The position numbers were made by a program, and so were the translations under genes. A DNA stretch of 64,000 nt, from NCBI GenBank assembly GCA_011391075.1, contig JAABRF010000002.1, positions 5,280 through 69,279 on the forward strand. The letters run 5' to 3'. Numbering within the stretch: the stretch's first letter is position 1; each line of letters starts with the position of its first letter. This DNA comes from Flavobacteriia bacterium. GTDB lineage: Bacteria > Bacteroidota > Bacteroidia > Flavobacteriales > Flavobacteriaceae. Positions 49,533 to 60,014 of the stretch are shown here, piece after piece. The notes under the pieces are model-generated. The model was not told the origin of the DNA and did no database searches. It worked only from the letters and a program-made list of their open reading frames with translations.

Positions 49533-50768
49533 ATGATGAGGCTACCTAAAAACCCAATATACTTTTTATTGTTGATTACGCTTTTTCAAATGGGTTGCAA
49601 ACCCAAACAAAACACGACGATTGCATCAACAGAAAACACAAAAATTGTTTCAGAACAATTGAAATGGTCAGAGCGGATGGCATTATCGGAAATACATAGA
49701 TTTCCAGACCCTACCCTACTCGATTTTCAAGAAAAACCAAGATGGAGTTATACGAATGGTTTGGTTTTACAAGCAATGTCAAAAGTATACGAGCAAAACG
49801 GGAATCAAAAAATAATGGATTATATCGAAAGTTATGCTGAGAAAATGATCAATGAAGATGGTTCTATCAATACATATAAAATGTCCAATTTCAATTTGGA
49901 TATGATTAAATCGGGGGATGCTATCTTCTTTTTATATCAAAAAAATCGAGAAAATCGATATAGAATTGCGATGGATTCTTTACACAAACAAATGGAATTA
50001 CAACCTATAACTTCCGAAGGTGGATATTGGCATAAAAAAATCTATCCTTATCAAATGTGGTTGGATGGCGTTTATATGGCAGAACCATTCCATGCCCAAT
50101 ACGCTTTAACATTTATGGATGAAACAGAAAGACAAAAAGTTTTTGATAAAATAGTTTTACAATTTGATTTAATTGAAAAACACAATCGCGATTCCGTTTC
50201 AGGATTATATTACCACGGTTGGGACGAAAGTAAGCAACAACAATGGGCTGATTCCAAAACGGGATTATCACAGAATTTTTGGTCTCGTGGCATGGGTTGG
50301 TATGGAATGGCTTTGGTAGATGTTCTTGATTATCTACCCAATAATCATCCGGGAAGATTGCGTATCATTCAATATTTAAACCAATATGCCGAGGCTATTG
50401 TAGCGTTTCAAGATCATTCTGGAACCTGGTACCAAGTTCTGGATCAACCCACTAGAGTAGGAAATTATCTAGAAGCGACCGGAAGTTGTATGTTCACTTA
50501 TACATTAGCAAAAGGAGTCAGAATGGGTTATCTGCCTAAAGAGTATTTTGATTATGGGCAAAAAGGTTTTAATGGGATATTGAAAACATTTATTACCGTT
50601 GACAATGATGGAATTGTCAATCTCAACCAATGTTGTGCTGTTGCGGGTTTAGGTGGAAATCCCTATCGAGATGGAAGTTATGAATACTATATTGGGGAAA
50701 AAATAAGATCCAATGATCCTAAAGGGACAGGTCCATTTATCATGATGGCATTAGAATTTAATCAATAA
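49533..50768 (+). CDS. GH105 (or GH88) unsaturated rhamnogalacturonyl/glucuronyl hydrolase, YteR/YesR-like
   Basis: (alpha/alpha)6 signature with WSYTNGLVLQAM, YQMWLDGVYMAEPF, GWDESK, WSRGMGWYGMALVDVL. Confidence 0.7.
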   Translation: MMRLPKNPIYFLLLITLFQMGCKPKQNTTIASTENTKIVSEQLKWSERMALSEIHRFPDPTLLDFQEKPRWSYTNGLVLQAMSKVYEQNGNQKIMDYIESYAEKMINEDGSINTYKMSNFNLDMIKSGDAIFFLYQKNRENRYRIAMDSLHKQMELQPITSEGGYWHKKIYPYQMWLDGVYMAEPFHAQYALTFMDETERQKVFDKIVLQFDLIEKHNRDSVSGLYYHGWDESKQQQWADSKTGLSQNFWSRGMGWYGMALVDVLDYLPNNHPGRLRIIQYLNQYAEAIVAFQDHSGTWYQVLDQPTRVGNYLEATGSCMFTYTLAKGVRMGYLPKEYFDYGQKGFNGILKTFITVDNDGIVNLNQCCAVAGLGGNPYRDGSYEYYIGEKIRSNDPKGTGPFIMMALEFNQ

Positions 50769-50780
50769 AATATTTCAAAT

Positions 50781-52394
50781 TTGAAAAACGTGAAAATATA
50801 TAGTACAATCGTATTATTTTTTTGCTATTCAATAGGATTTGCTCAATCCAAAATTTTTCAAAACAAACCTATTCAAGACACAGTAAAAACATACTCTAAT
50901 CCCATCATTCATGCTGACTATTCAGATCCTGATGTTATTAGAGTTGGCGAGGACTATTTTATGACGGCTTCCTCATTCAATTGTGTTCCAGGATTGCCGA
51001 TTTTACATTCTAAAGATTTAGTAAAATGGCAATTGGTCAATTATGCATTACCAAAACTTTTACCTGAAGAAGTCTATGATTCACCTCAACACGGCAAAGG
51101 CGTTTGGGCTCCATGCATCAGATTTCACCAACAAACGTTTTACATCTATTATCCCGATCCAGATTTTGGCATTTACATGACACAAACTTTAGATCCTTTT
51201 GGTAAATGGTCAGAACCCGTATTGGTTAAAAAAGGAAAAGGATTGATTGATCCTTCTCCCTTATGGGATGATGATGGAAAGGTATATTTGACATATGCTC
51301 TAGCGGGAAGTAGAGCAGGAATTAAGAGTTTGCTTTTAGTTTGTACGATGAATAGTGAAGGAACATTAGCCAATGCTGATGACGTGATGGTGTTTGATGG
51401 ACATGAAAAGCATCCTACGGTTGAAGGCCCCAAATTTTACAAAAAAGACGATTACTACTATATATTTGCACCAGCTGGCGGCGTTAAAACCGGTTGGCAA
51501 CTGGTATTGCGTTCCAAATTTATTTATGGTCCTTATGAAGTGAGAATCGTTTTGGAACAAGGGAAAACGAAAATCAACGGTCCACATCAAGGTGCCTGGG
51601 TAGATACTCCCATGGGGGAACATTGGTTTATTCATTTTCAAGACTTAGATTCATATGGACGTATCGTACATTTACAACCTATGAAATGGATAGATGATTG
51701 GCCTGTGATGGGTGTAGACACAGATAAAAATGGAATAGGCAATCCTGTTCAAATCTTTGAAACCCCTAAAACCGAAAAATCTAGTTTGGGTTATACAATA
51801 CCAACAAACGACGAATTTAACTTGCCCAAATTAGGATTACAATGGCAGTGGCATGCCAATACACAAGCCTATTGGGGTTACCCTACCAATGAAGGTTATT
51901 ACAACTTAAATTGTAGACCAAAGCCAATCCATGCGACAAACCTATGGCAAATACCCAATTTGTTACTTCAAAAATTTCCATCTGAATCCTTTAGTGTTAC
52001 CAGCAAATTAACTTTCAAATTCAGACAGAATGGTGAAAATGCGGGTCTGTTAATCATGGGAAAAGACTATACTTATTTACAAGTAAAACAAGTGGATAAT
52101 CAACGGTATATTTCTCAAGTAATTTGTAAAGACGCCCCAATGGGGAACATAGAAAAAACTGTTTCTGAAACACAGATTAATTCTTCAATAATTTATCTAA
52201 GAGTCAATGTTGACAAAGGAGGTATCTGTCAATTTTCATATAGTGAAGACTATATAAAATTCATTCCAATTGGAGAGGCTTTTATTGCAAAAGAAGGCCT
52301 TTGGATAGGTGCTAAAGTTGGCTTATTTGCACTAAGTGAAATTCCGACCAACGATGCAGGCAGTGTACAAATTGATTGGTTCAGATTTGATTGA
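50781..52394 (+). CDS. GH43-family glycoside hydrolase with C-terminal beta-sandwich domain
   Basis: NPIIHADYSDPDVIRVGEDYFMTASSF and GVWAPCIRF (GH43 blades 1-2, catalytic Asp/Glu context); signal peptide. Confidence 0.8.
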   Translation: MKNVKIYSTIVLFFCYSIGFAQSKIFQNKPIQDTVKTYSNPIIHADYSDPDVIRVGEDYFMTASSFNCVPGLPILHSKDLVKWQLVNYALPKLLPEEVYDSPQHGKGVWAPCIRFHQQTFYIYYPDPDFGIYMTQTLDPFGKWSEPVLVKKGKGLIDPSPLWDDDGKVYLTYALAGSRAGIKSLLLVCTMNSEGTLANADDVMVFDGHEKHPTVEGPKFYKKDDYYYIFAPAGGVKTGWQLVLRSKFIYGPYEVRIVLEQGKTKINGPHQGAWVDTPMGEHWFIHFQDLDSYGRIVHLQPMKWIDDWPVMGVDTDKNGIGNPVQIFETPKTEKSSLGYTIPTNDEFNLPKLGLQWQWHANTQAYWGYPTNEGYYNLNCRPKPIHATNLWQIPNLLLQKFPSESFSVTSKLTFKFRQNGENAGLLIMGKDYTYLQVKQVDNQRYISQVICKDAPMGNIEKTVSETQINSSIIYLRVNVDKGGICQFSYSEDYIKFIPIGEAFIAKEGLWIGAKVGLFALSEIPTNDAGSVQIDWFRFD

Positions 52395-52556
52395 TAAAGT
52401 TTTAAATGTTTCTGATTATGACATTTCTTTCAACTCAATTCAAAAACATTCAAGATTAAGTTATAATTAAAAATGAAATTTAGAAGTCTTTTGAACTAAT
52501 ACTTTTTAACTTACTAAATATTTTATTAACCTGAATTTCAATCTAATAATTCTAAA

Positions 52557-52973
52557 TAGGGTCTGCTGAAAAAGTCTTACAATACAGTTTTTCAATAAGT
52601 TAAAGTGAGTTTTTTCAATTCATGTGCAAGGATTTTAATTGTTTTTACTTAAAATCCTTGCACATGTGATTCATTTAAAAAGAATACATCTACTTTTCTA
52701 CATCAATAATGAATGATACCATGTCCCGTAGGGACTATATATCTGTAGAAAAAACAAAAATGAAGATAAACACGCCGACGGTTGCAGCTTTGCTGCAACC
52801 GTCGGCGCTCATCTTGTCAAACATCATTCGCTACAGATATTTCGTCCCTACGGGACTGCTACATTTAGGGTTACTTTTGAGAATAGTATTTTATAACATT
52901 TATTAGGTACTATAATCATAGATCGTTTTTAAATTCAACGACAATCTATTTCTAACTTTATCAGCAGACCCTA
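52557..52973. mobile_element. MITE-like non-coding element (~417 bp) bounded by 13-bp terminal inverted repeats (TAGGGTCTGCTGA / TCAGCAGACCCTA) and containing two strong internal secondary structures
   Basis: TIRs at 52557-52569 and 52961-52973. Internal 18-bp perfect hairpin at 52621-52666. Nested three-segment inverted repeat at 52721-52863 with GC-rich core cgccgacggttgcagc-ttt-gctgcaaccgtcggcg. No credible ORF. Confidence 0.4.
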
Positions 52974-53083
52974 AATACGACAACTTCTAGAAAATAAAAT
53001 AAGTTTAATATAATTCAAAAAAAAGAGGTAAACATCAATTGTTTACCTCTTTTTATTTGAAAACGATTTAGGGAATCATCTTT

Positions 53084-54634
53084 TTATCTCCAACGTGGAT
53101 CTCCTATTTGATTATCAATCAAGGATTGATTCGAGATATGGAAATTACCTTCTGTTACATTGGTGAATTCAGGATCTAATGTGGTGTAATTAGTCGTTAT
53201 ATCGTATCGAAGATTGGCAGCATTGAAAAAACCGGGAGCATTGAAATAATTATTATTTTCAAAAGTAATACTTGCATCAGTAGAACTTTGATTGGAATAA
53301 TAACCGGTAGTTTGGGCAAAAATATTTCTTCTGATGGTAATATCATTAGCATTAAACCGAACGTAGGTTATCCTATTGGTATTATTGCATACGCCGTATA
53401 AAGTACACTCTTCCAACAAAACATTTACAGTTTGACCGGTTCCATTTAAAGCACCGGCTGCATCCACTCTAAAGAAATCACGAGCAGGAGCACAATTTTT
53501 AAAGGTACTTGTTTTTACTGTAATATTCAAAGCATTGGTAGTTCTGAAGTCGATAAAATCGCCTCCGTTGGTAACTACATTGGTTACGACACAATCTTCA
53601 ACTGTTACATTGTTAACTGTCGCTCCGGAAACATTTCCACCTATTAACGATCTATCATAATCATGAATAACACAGCCTTTCACAAGAAGGGAATTATAAC
53701 TACCAGCTGTGTTAAATCTAACAACATCCGTAAATAATGTTGGGGCATTCCCTTTTAGTTCCAAATCAATGAGATTGACATCAGTTGCGCCGTCAACAAT
53801 TAAAAAATTGACATTTAATACCGGTTTAAAATCAACTCTTAAACCTTGAATAGTGATAGGTTTGTTTAAGGTTATCGTGCCGGTTTGAGCCGTGTAGTCA
53901 CCTTGCTCCAATAATAAAATATCACCGGGAGCTGCATCGGTAATCATTTGAAATAAATTATCAGTAGGTAAGACAAGTGTATTATCACCAACATCAATAC
54001 CTGTTGTAAAAGTTGAAGTACCTCTCACTTTATTGTTATTGTATAAAGTGACAAAATATTCTGTTTCACCCGTCAAGCCCTCAATTAAAGCCATTCCATC
54101 TAGTTTTTCTTGTGGGGTAATATTGTGAGTCATATTACCGGGTTGAATTAAAATGTACGTGACATTAATACCTGCAACCCATCTCAAAGTTACTTTGGTT
54201 GCCTCCACATCTCCGGGTTGGAATGCCAACATCAATTGTTCGGAAAGTGTAGTTGCAGAAGTAATCGCCCATGTGGAATCATCTAACCCAATAGCACTAA
54301 CTGCTTTTACTCTGATATAATATACCGTTTCCCCCTCTAATGGAACTTGAATGGGAAGTTGGTCGGCAGTGACATTAAGAGCTGTAAAAATAGTGGTGAA
54401 ATTAAAATCATCGGCGCTAAATTCAACGACATAATGATCGACATCCTCATTGGTAGTCCAATTTAATTCAACAGTCGTTTGATTTCTTACAATGGCTTTC
54501 AGAGCAACTGGAGCAAAGGCCCGATTTACATCTAATTCATAAATTAAATCTTCATCGTAACTTTTACAACCGGCAATTGTCACTAAGACAAATAGTGCAA
54601 AAACCATTTTCTTTAATAAATGCTTTGTTCTCAT
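53084..54634 (-). CDS. SusE-position cell-surface lipoprotein with FN3-like N-terminal domains and right-handed beta-helix (pectate-lyase-like fold; DUF4957/DUF5123-type); start moved to an internal Met
   Basis: Lipobox LVTIAGC; C-terminal NV/NxT-rich parallel beta-helix repeats (VNNVTVEDCVVTNVVTNGGDFIDF...). Directly downstream of SusD. Confidence 0.5.
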   Translation of the reverse strand: MRTKHLLKKMVFALFVLVTIAGCKSYDEDLIYELDVNRAFAPVALKAIVRNQTTVELNWTTNEDVDHYVVEFSADDFNFTTIFTALNVTADQLPIQVPLEGETVYYIRVKAVSAIGLDDSTWAITSATTLSEQLMLAFQPGDVEATKVTLRWVAGINVTYILIQPGNMTHNITPQEKLDGMALIEGLTGETEYFVTLYNNNKVRGTSTFTTGIDVGDNTLVLPTDNLFQMITDAAPGDILLLEQGDYTAQTGTITLNKPITIQGLRVDFKPVLNVNFLIVDGATDVNLIDLELKGNAPTLFTDVVRFNTAGSYNSLLVKGCVIHDYDRSLIGGNVSGATVNNVTVEDCVVTNVVTNGGDFIDFRTTNALNITVKTSTFKNCAPARDFFRVDAAGALNGTGQTVNVLLEECTLYGVCNNTNRITYVRFNANDITIRRNIFAQTTGYYSNQSSTDASITFENNNYFNAPGFFNAANLRYDITTNYTTLDPEFTNVTEGNFHISNQSLIDNQIGDPRWR

Positions 54635-54665
54635 AATTTTGATGCTTTTTGAATTTTTGACTTTA

Positions 54666-56444
54666 TTAATATCCATAATCATTTACTAACATTCCATTAC
54701 TACCGTCAATAAACACTTGCCAAATAGGCCAAAATTGTCTACTATCGGGATCAACACCAAGTTTATAAAGTGAATTGATTTTGGTATCATTCAATGTATT
54801 CCAACTAAATGCTGTATAATCTACTCCAGGATTAGAAGTTTCACTTCTGTTCAAACCGTAAACATTCAAAGTTATATTATCGGCTTCATACTTGTAGTAT
54901 AAAGTGGTGGGTACATCGGCATATTCTCCAGTTCTGTTTTTCAAATTAACCATTTTAACTTTGGCTTCATCCAAATTAAACTTAAGCAAATTCCAACGAA
55001 TCAAAGCTTGTTTGCGCTCCATTTCGCCGGTGAATTCAAACTTATGTTCTTTTACAATAGCATTAAACATATCTTGCTTACTAGACAAGGCATTGACATA
55101 AGCTTCCACTTGTACAGCTCTATCTTCAGGGGCAAAAGCTCTGTTGCGAATTTCTTTCAAATAAGGAGCTGCTGCTGTAGGGCCTTCCAATTCATTAGCA
55201 GCTTCAGCTGCCATGAGTAAGATTTCAGCATATCGCATATACATTTTGTTTACGCCATCATCATTTGTTGATGTCACAAAACGACTCATCCATTCATAAC
55301 GATATTTTCCGAAATACCAAGTTTCTAATGAAGTCAATTCTTGTTTAGCTACACCAGCAATAGCAGTTCCCCATTTATAAGGCACACAAGTAACATCTCT
55401 ACGAGTATCTGCCTCATTATAATCATAAAAGACGGTAGGAAGTGGACCAGCAATTCCTCCGCGGGCTTGACCTGTAAATTGATCTACGCTGTAATGTCTT
55501 ACTGCAAATGAGAATAAAACTCTCCCACGACCGCTTGAAAAAGGAATTTCCCAAAGAGATTCACCACCAGCGGTAGTATTTTCCTGATTGTATTTTTTCC
55601 ATAGGGTTTCAAATGATGGTTCCAAATGAGCTTTTCCACTTTGAATAACCTCACGACATTCATTTAATGCAAGCGTATACATAGTTTGAATAGAAAGATC
55701 AGGATCATTACTTCGTCTCACACCGTCTGGATATTGTTGAAAACCGCTAGCAGCTAATGCAAGTCGAGCTCTTAGTCCTTTTACAAATGCTTTATTTATG
55801 CGTTCCACACTATTGGTTGAAGCATTTTCATTGGGCCAAGCCACAAGAGTCGCAGCTTCACCTAAGTCAGCAATAATCTGTTTATAGATAACATCGCGAC
55901 TTGATTTGGCTAAATATAAAGTTTCTGAGGTAATAGGTTCAAAACGAGCTGGAACATCACCCCATGCTTTCAATAAATCGGCATAATATACAGCTCTTAA
56001 AGTCAAGGCTTCTCCCAAAAGTTGTCCCAATTCGGTACCTGGTTCCGGATTGCCATATGTTCTCAAACCTCTGATACATATATTGGCTCGTTCTATACCT
56101 AAGTACATCATGGCCCAAGCATTGTTAGTGCTATTCATTTGGGTATTATTAGGTTTGGCATCATAAATCATTAATTCCCCTTGTGAATCATTAGGAGTTG
56201 ATGAACTGTAATTCCATTCTGTATCCGTATTAAAACCATAAAAAGGAATATAACGACCTCTATAAGAATTGGTTTCCCCAAAAGGCACCATGATTCCATC
56301 TATAGCTCCTCTAGCCAATCCAGCTGTCGAAAAAATAACTGATTCATCTAATGTTGATTGAGCTGGAGCTTCCAAGAAATCTTTCTCACATGAGCTAAAA
56401 AGCCCTAATGTTGCTAATGAAAAAAATACTATTAAATATTTCAT
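54666..56444 (-). CDS. susD: SusD/RagB-family outer-membrane nutrient-binding lipoprotein; start at internal Met MKYLIVFF
   Basis: Lipobox LFSSCEK, TPR-like SusD architecture, directly downstream of SusC. Confidence 0.85.
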   Translation of the reverse strand: MKYLIVFFSLATLGLFSSCEKDFLEAPAQSTLDESVIFSTAGLARGAIDGIMVPFGETNSYRGRYIPFYGFNTDTEWNYSSSTPNDSQGELMIYDAKPNNTQMNSTNNAWAMMYLGIERANICIRGLRTYGNPEPGTELGQLLGEALTLRAVYYADLLKAWGDVPARFEPITSETLYLAKSSRDVIYKQIIADLGEAATLVAWPNENASTNSVERINKAFVKGLRARLALAASGFQQYPDGVRRSNDPDLSIQTMYTLALNECREVIQSGKAHLEPSFETLWKKYNQENTTAGGESLWEIPFSSGRGRVLFSFAVRHYSVDQFTGQARGGIAGPLPTVFYDYNEADTRRDVTCVPYKWGTAIAGVAKQELTSLETWYFGKYRYEWMSRFVTSTNDDGVNKMYMRYAEILLMAAEAANELEGPTAAAPYLKEIRNRAFAPEDRAVQVEAYVNALSSKQDMFNAIVKEHKFEFTGEMERKQALIRWNLLKFNLDEAKVKMVNLKNRTGEYADVPTTLYYKYEADNITLNVYGLNRSETSNPGVDYTAFSWNTLNDTKINSLYKLGVDPDSRQFWPIWQVFIDGSNGMLVNDYGY

Positions 56445-56555
56445 GTGTTTAAATTTATTATTTTTTTTATAGATCACATGCAATAACCACTTAATCATTC
56501 CCTATTGGTTTGATATCAATATTATGGCTATTTCATTTTTTTAAGATTTTTTAAT

Positions 56556-59500
56556 TTAAAAATTAAGGTTTAGTCCAAAAACAAATGATCTGCTTTTTGG
56601 ATAAGGAGAATAATCAACCCCTGGTGTTAGAGGTGTTTTTCTTCTGGTTGATACTTCAGGATCTAGTCCACTGTAATTGGTAATAATGAAAACATTATTG
56701 GCAGTTACGAAAAATCTGAGTTTTGATAATTTAAGATGTGAAATTATTGATTCGGGAGCGTTGTATCCCAATGTCAGTGTATTCAATCTTAAAAATGAAC
56801 CATCTTCTACAGCCCAATCACTAAATACAAAACGAGACATATAAGGCGACCACATTGTAGTATTGGCGTTCATAGCTGCCAGTTGATCGGGATCAGTAAC
56901 AAACAAACCTGTAGTCGCATCTAAATTGGTCCAACGTATGCCATCTGCCATGTCAGTCGTTAAGTTGCGAAATTGAGCATTTGTATTTGATGTATTGAAT
57001 TCAATTTTATTAGCATTGTACACATCGTTTCCATAACTCCAATTAAATCCGGCTGAAAGATCAAATCCATAAGCATTGGCGTTAATCACGAAACCACCCG
57101 TGTGTAGAGGATTGGCATTACCAATAACGGCATTATCTGCAACGGTTACCAAACCATCACCGTTGATATCTTTCAATTTCATTGTACCAGGCATGATAGT
57201 CCCAACAACAGCAGTTGCATCTGCTATCCCTTCTTTCAAAGTGTAAGTGCCACTACTTGAATTGTAATCAAAATCTGATACTTCATAACGACCATCATTT
57301 TGATACCCATACATTAATCCAATAGGTTCGCCAACTCTCACGACAAAGTCATCTCCAATTTGAGTTGATGCCCAATTAGTGGCTTGACCGAAATCTTGCA
57401 TACTACCAAGTGAATTGATTCTGTTTTTGTTAAATCCGATATTGAAGTTAAAATTCAAACCATAATTATCTTTGTCAATTGCATTAAAATTTAGTGATGT
57501 TTCAACTCCAGTATTCTGTGTTTCTCCCATATTTCTATATTGGCTAACATAACCTGTACCCGGAACAGGAAAATTAATTAAAAGATCTTTGGTTACGTTT
57601 TTATAAGCTTCTAAAGAACCAGTCAATTTACCGCTGAAAAGATCAAAATCAAGTCCCACATTCTGTGTTACAGTAGTTTCCCATTTTAAATCAGGATTTG
57701 CCAATATACTAGATGCTGCCCAGAAATTATCAATACCATTCAAGAAAGTGGTACTATATGATTGAAAACTTTGAACGGTTTGCCCAGAAGGAATGTTGTT
57801 GTTTCCAGCTTCTCCATAACTCAATCTTACTTTCAGAGCACTGACCCAAGATACATTCTTCAAAAAATTTTCTTCAGACAACTTCCACGCAACAGCTGCT
57901 GATGGAAAATAACCCCAACGATTATCTCCTAAAAATTTACTAGATCCATCCGCACGAAACGTAGCAGTTAATAGATATTTATTCTTAAAATCATAATTCA
58001 AACGTCCAAAAAAGGATAAGAGTTTATCATCTGGACTATAGTAATTATCCACTGTTTGCGGAACTCCTTGAGTGGTGAGATTTCTGGCATCATCAAAAGT
58101 GAAAAATTTGGGGAAACCTTGAATTTCACTGATCACTTCATTATCCTTAGTAATGATAATTTCTTCTCCCAGTAAAATTTTCAAACCATGATCTTCCCCT
58201 AATATTTTCTTTAAATCATAATTAACAGTATTGGCGTTTCTATATCTCACTCTTTTTTCATCGCTAAAAACCAAAGAAGGCAATCCTTGGTTTTCGGCTG
58301 CAGGCCTATTGTTGGCATAGTAAGTAGATCTTCCATAAAAACGGTAATCTAAATAGTTGTAATTATCCATCCCAACATCCACTTTTAATTTAAGATCATC
58401 TATTATAGACCATGAAAAACCTCCTAATAGATTGAAATTTTTTCTCAACTGTTCTCGCTGATTATCGTCAATTGAAACAAATGGATTTACCAAATAAGTT
58501 GAAAGAGCTTCATCGGTGTCATCTGTGGTTAAACCTGGAATTGGAATAGGTGAATAACCAACACTATGCCTTAATCGAGCATCAGCAGAAGAGATTTCAT
58601 TTTGTTCATTGGTACCTCCACCATTAATATCTGTATTGGAATAACGAATGGTAAATGACAAATCAACTTTATCATTGGCTTTATTCTTTAATGCAAATGA
58701 CAAGTTATCTCTTTTAAAATCAGATCCGACCATGATGGCTTTTTCGCTGTAGCGCGCATAGTTGAAATTAAAATTGAATTTTTCAGATCCTCCTCTTACT
58801 CCCAAGTCATAACTTAAGGTTTCGCCTGTTCGACCAAAAACTTGTTTCTGCCAATCATTTCCCTTCATCCCCAAATATTGATCGTAATCCTGCCACAAAC
58901 CGAAATATTGCTCGTATGAAGATAAATTATCTCTTAATAAAGCATATTCATATTGCCATTTTACAAAATCTTCAGGACTTTGAACTTCTAGCGTATTAGC
59001 GATGTTTTTATATCCATAAAAAGTATTCAAACTAACCGATATATTTCCATCTTTACCACTTTTTGTAGTTATGATGATAACTCCATTTGCTCCTCTAGAA
59101 CCATAAATAGCAGTAGATGAAGCATCTTTTAGAACCGTAATACTCTCAATGTCACTTGGAGAAACATCACCCATACTATTTACCGGAAAACCATCGACAA
59201 TAATTAATGGAGAACTATCCTGCGTCAATGATCCTCCACCTCTTACTCTGATCTTAATTTCTGCATCAGGGGAACCTTCAGAGGTTGTTACTTGTACTCC
59301 AGCCATTCTACCTGTCAATGCCTCTGCAACATTGGAAACATTTTGCTTGGTTAATTCACTTCCTCCAACTACAACAACTGAACCGGTTAAATCAGACTTT
59401 TTAGTGGTTCCATATCCTACAACTACCACTTCGTCCAATTGCTCTGAACTTGGTTTGAGAACTACATTAATCTCCTTTAATCCTTTTACATTGATTTCTT

Positions 59501-59759
59501 GTGTAATATACCCTAGATATGAAAAAACTAGTATAGCATTATCACTATCAACCTTGATAACATAATTGCCGTCAAAATCGGTTTCCGTTCCGATAGATGT
59601 CCCTTTTATAATAACAGAAACACCCGGAATTGGACTATCCGATTCTTCATCAATGATATTACCATTGACTGTTTTACTTTGAGCAAATACATCCACACTC
59701 ATAAGTGAGAATACTGCTAAAAGTACTACTGAGTAAAATTTTATAAAATTGAATCTCAT
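56556..59759 (-). CDS. susC: SusC/RagA-family TonB-dependent outer-membrane transporter
   Basis: Signal peptide, carboxypeptidase-regulatory-like domain (NGNIIDEESDSPIPGVSVIIKGT...DFDGNYVI), TonB-box/plug, 1067 aa, C-terminal F. Confidence 0.9.
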   Translation of the reverse strand: MRFNFIKFYSVVLLAVFSLMSVDVFAQSKTVNGNIIDEESDSPIPGVSVIIKGTSIGTETDFDGNYVIKVDSDNAILVFSYLGYITQEINVKGLKEINVVLKPSSEQLDEVVVVGYGTTKKSDLTGSVVVVGGSELTKQNVSNVAEALTGRMAGVQVTTSEGSPDAEIKIRVRGGGSLTQDSSPLIIVDGFPVNSMGDVSPSDIESITVLKDASSTAIYGSRGANGVIIITTKSGKDGNISVSLNTFYGYKNIANTLEVQSPEDFVKWQYEYALLRDNLSSYEQYFGLWQDYDQYLGMKGNDWQKQVFGRTGETLSYDLGVRGGSEKFNFNFNYARYSEKAIMVGSDFKRDNLSFALKNKANDKVDLSFTIRYSNTDINGGGTNEQNEISSADARLRHSVGYSPIPIPGLTTDDTDEALSTYLVNPFVSIDDNQREQLRKNFNLLGGFSWSIIDDLKLKVDVGMDNYNYLDYRFYGRSTYYANNRPAAENQGLPSLVFSDEKRVRYRNANTVNYDLKKILGEDHGLKILLGEEIIITKDNEVISEIQGFPKFFTFDDARNLTTQGVPQTVDNYYSPDDKLLSFFGRLNYDFKNKYLLTATFRADGSSKFLGDNRWGYFPSAAVAWKLSEENFLKNVSWVSALKVRLSYGEAGNNNIPSGQTVQSFQSYSTTFLNGIDNFWAASSILANPDLKWETTVTQNVGLDFDLFSGKLTGSLEAYKNVTKDLLINFPVPGTGYVSQYRNMGETQNTGVETSLNFNAIDKDNYGLNFNFNIGFNKNRINSLGSMQDFGQATNWASTQIGDDFVVRVGEPIGLMYGYQNDGRYEVSDFDYNSSSGTYTLKEGIADATAVVGTIMPGTMKLKDINGDGLVTVADNAVIGNANPLHTGGFVINANAYGFDLSAGFNWSYGNDVYNANKIEFNTSNTNAQFRNLTTDMADGIRWTNLDATTGLFVTDPDQLAAMNANTTMWSPYMSRFVFSDWAVEDGSFLRLNTLTLGYNAPESIISHLKLSKLRFFVTANNVFIITNYSGLDPEVSTRRKTPLTPGVDYSPYPKSRSFVFGLNLNF

Positions 59760-59876
59760 AAAAATATTTGATTAAGTTACTAAATTGTGAAAAATATAAT
59801 ATGTGCTTAAAAAAGTTTTACCAATTAATAAAATAAATACACTAAACAAAAATTAAATCCACTACAACGATTTAGT

Positions 59877-59895
59877 GTAATCGATTACAAAAGTA
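59877..59895 (-). promoter_or_regulatory. Minus-strand -7 box TACTTTTG (59888-59895) fused to palindrome GTAATCGATTAC (59877-59888), upstream of susC: predicted operator and promoter
   Basis: Direct reading; same AATCGATT core. Confidence 0.45.
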
Positions 59896-59994
59896 TTAAA
59901 CATTTTTGAATTCACAATACCGATTTCAAAATATTTATTCCAATTAAGTCATATTTTTAATATAAATATCTTTTTTAATTCATTAAAATATATA

Positions 59995-60014
59995 TATATT
60001 TGCAATCGATTACG
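59995..60014 (+). promoter_or_regulatory. -7 box TATATTTG (59995-60002) fused to near-palindrome TGCAATCGATTACG (60001-60014), about 300 bp upstream of the PL1 gene: predicted operator and promoter
   Basis: Direct reading. Confidence 0.4.

Noticed and set aside
52709-52906. 65-aa ORF inside the MITE-like element
   Set aside because: The reading frame runs straight through a long imperfect palindrome, so its two halves are forced mirror translations. It is an artefact of the hairpin.
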